Source of the DNA: Candidatus Electronema halotolerans
Lineage (GTDB): Bacteria; Desulfobacterota; Desulfobulbia; Desulfobulbales; Desulfobulbaceae
Assembly: GCA_942493095.1 (NCBI GenBank)
Contig: OW818675.1
Span: 1,770,001 to 1,802,000 of the forward strand
Length of the DNA stretch: 32,000 bases
Direction of reading: 5' to 3'
Notes under the pieces: generated by a model
What the model was told of the DNA's origin: nothing
Seen by the model: only the letters and a program-made list of their open reading frames with translations
Database searches by the model: none
Shown: one piece after another, positions 31,615 to 32,000 of the stretch
How the letters are laid out: the number at the start of each line of letters is the position of its first letter
Numbering within the stretch: position 1 is the first letter of the stretch
Translations under genes and position numbers: made by a program

Positions 31615-32000
31615 ATGAAAGAAGCAGGAAAACAGGTGTGCCGGAGCTTGCTGACCGGCATGGTGCTGCTGGCGGGACTGACGTTTTTGTTAGTGTCGTC
31701 AAGCTACGCATCGGTGCCGCCAGCAGAGCAGTTTGGCAAAATTGCGACAGTGGAACACATACTGCACCAAACGCAATCCAGCATTTGGCAGCAGCTCCAT
31801 TCACAGGAGGTAGATGCTCTTGTGTCGCAACTGCGTATGGCTGAAAAGGCGGGCCGTGATGATCAGGCCGGACAGCTACGGCGGCAGTTGAATCAGTTGG
31901 AGAAACGTCTGCTGGGCGATGCGCCCCCGGCAGATGCTGAACTGGCCCGGCTGGTGCAGAAGAAAAAAATGCTGCTTGATGAACTGGCCCGACTGGGCGG
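31615..32000 (+). CDS. Secreted coiled-coil protein, 3' end outside the window
   Basis: The ATG at 31615 follows AGAGGTGG. Product begins MKEAGKQVCRSLLTGMVLLAGLTFLLVSSSYA/SVPP (signal peptide), then turns heptad-like (QLRMAEKAGRDDQAGQLRRQLNQLEKRLLG...). The frame stays open to the window end. It is not in the ORF track because it has no stop. Confidence 0.5.
   Translation, partial: MKEAGKQVCRSLLTGMVLLAGLTFLLVSSSYASVPPAEQFGKIATVEHILHQTQSSIWQQLHSQEVDALVSQLRMAEKAGRDDQAGQLRRQLNQLEKRLLGDAPPADAELARLVQKKKMLLDELARLG

Noticed and set aside
31518-31844. 108-aa + strand ORF from the track (MQSNNWRKQQIF...).
   Set aside because: It has a non-ATG start and no RBS, and the translation looks like noise. 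The overlapping frame starting at ATG 31615 has an RBS, a signal peptide and coiled-coil periodicity, and it stays open to the window end.
1-32000. Scan for tRNA, rRNA, CRISPR arrays, IS elements, integrases and prophage genes.
   Set aside because: I saw no regularly spaced short repeats, no cloverleaf-like or rRNA-like segments, and no transposase or recombinase-like ORFs by eye. A tRNAscan, Infernal or ISfinder run would be needed to exclude small RNAs formally.

Overview
About 32 kb of chromosome with mostly more than 50 % G+C. It looks like Desulfobacterota (sulfate-reducer type), which I infer from the mvhD-hdrACB cluster, the DUF1844-serA pair and codon usage. All domain calls come from motifs read in the translations; no database search was run.

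Layout:
(1) 1-8065, + strand: polysaccharide-type locus. It holds asnB-like, an AT-rich methyltransferase, a PhoR-like histidine kinase, GT2, a GlpD-like FAD enzyme and GT4.
(2) 8119-8917: a decayed ABC permease/ATPase fusion remnant.
(3) 8930-9800: an AT-rich patch with an orphan secreted protein and a 185-bp inverted-repeat element.
(4) 9878-15961, - strand: the mvhD / FrhB-like / double-HdrA / hdrC / hdrB redox operon. It has a clean terminator and a G10 tract in its leader.
(5) 15995-20988: a compositionally mosaic accessory island with no integrase, transposase or tRNA. It contains a very AT-rich two-gene module (3-TM protein plus a 689-aa protein with tandem nucleoside-deoxyribosyltransferase/TIR-like modules). 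It also contains a translationally coupled HEPN-MNT-histidine phosphatase operon and an AT-rich membrane protein with a 2-TM effector-like hairpin.
(6) 20989-26145, - strand: DUF1844, serA, and znuA-uma2-znuC-znuB.
(7) 26160-28313, - strand: a large sensor kinase.
(8) 28467-31362, + strand: an unusual Ter-type cluster, TerB-ZnF / TerD / vWA(TerF-like)-ZnF / TerD. Both non-TerD proteins end in the same Pro-rich linker plus a DnaJ-type CxxCxGxG x2 zinc knuckle. The tail plus TerD is a ~0.73-kb direct repeat.
(9) 31615 to the window end: a secreted coiled-coil protein, partial.

The best candidates for an undescribed system are the AT-rich 3-TM + 689-aa pair (with the rest of the island) and the zinc-knuckle-tailed Ter module. 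I found no rRNA, tRNA, CRISPR array or recognisable IS element.
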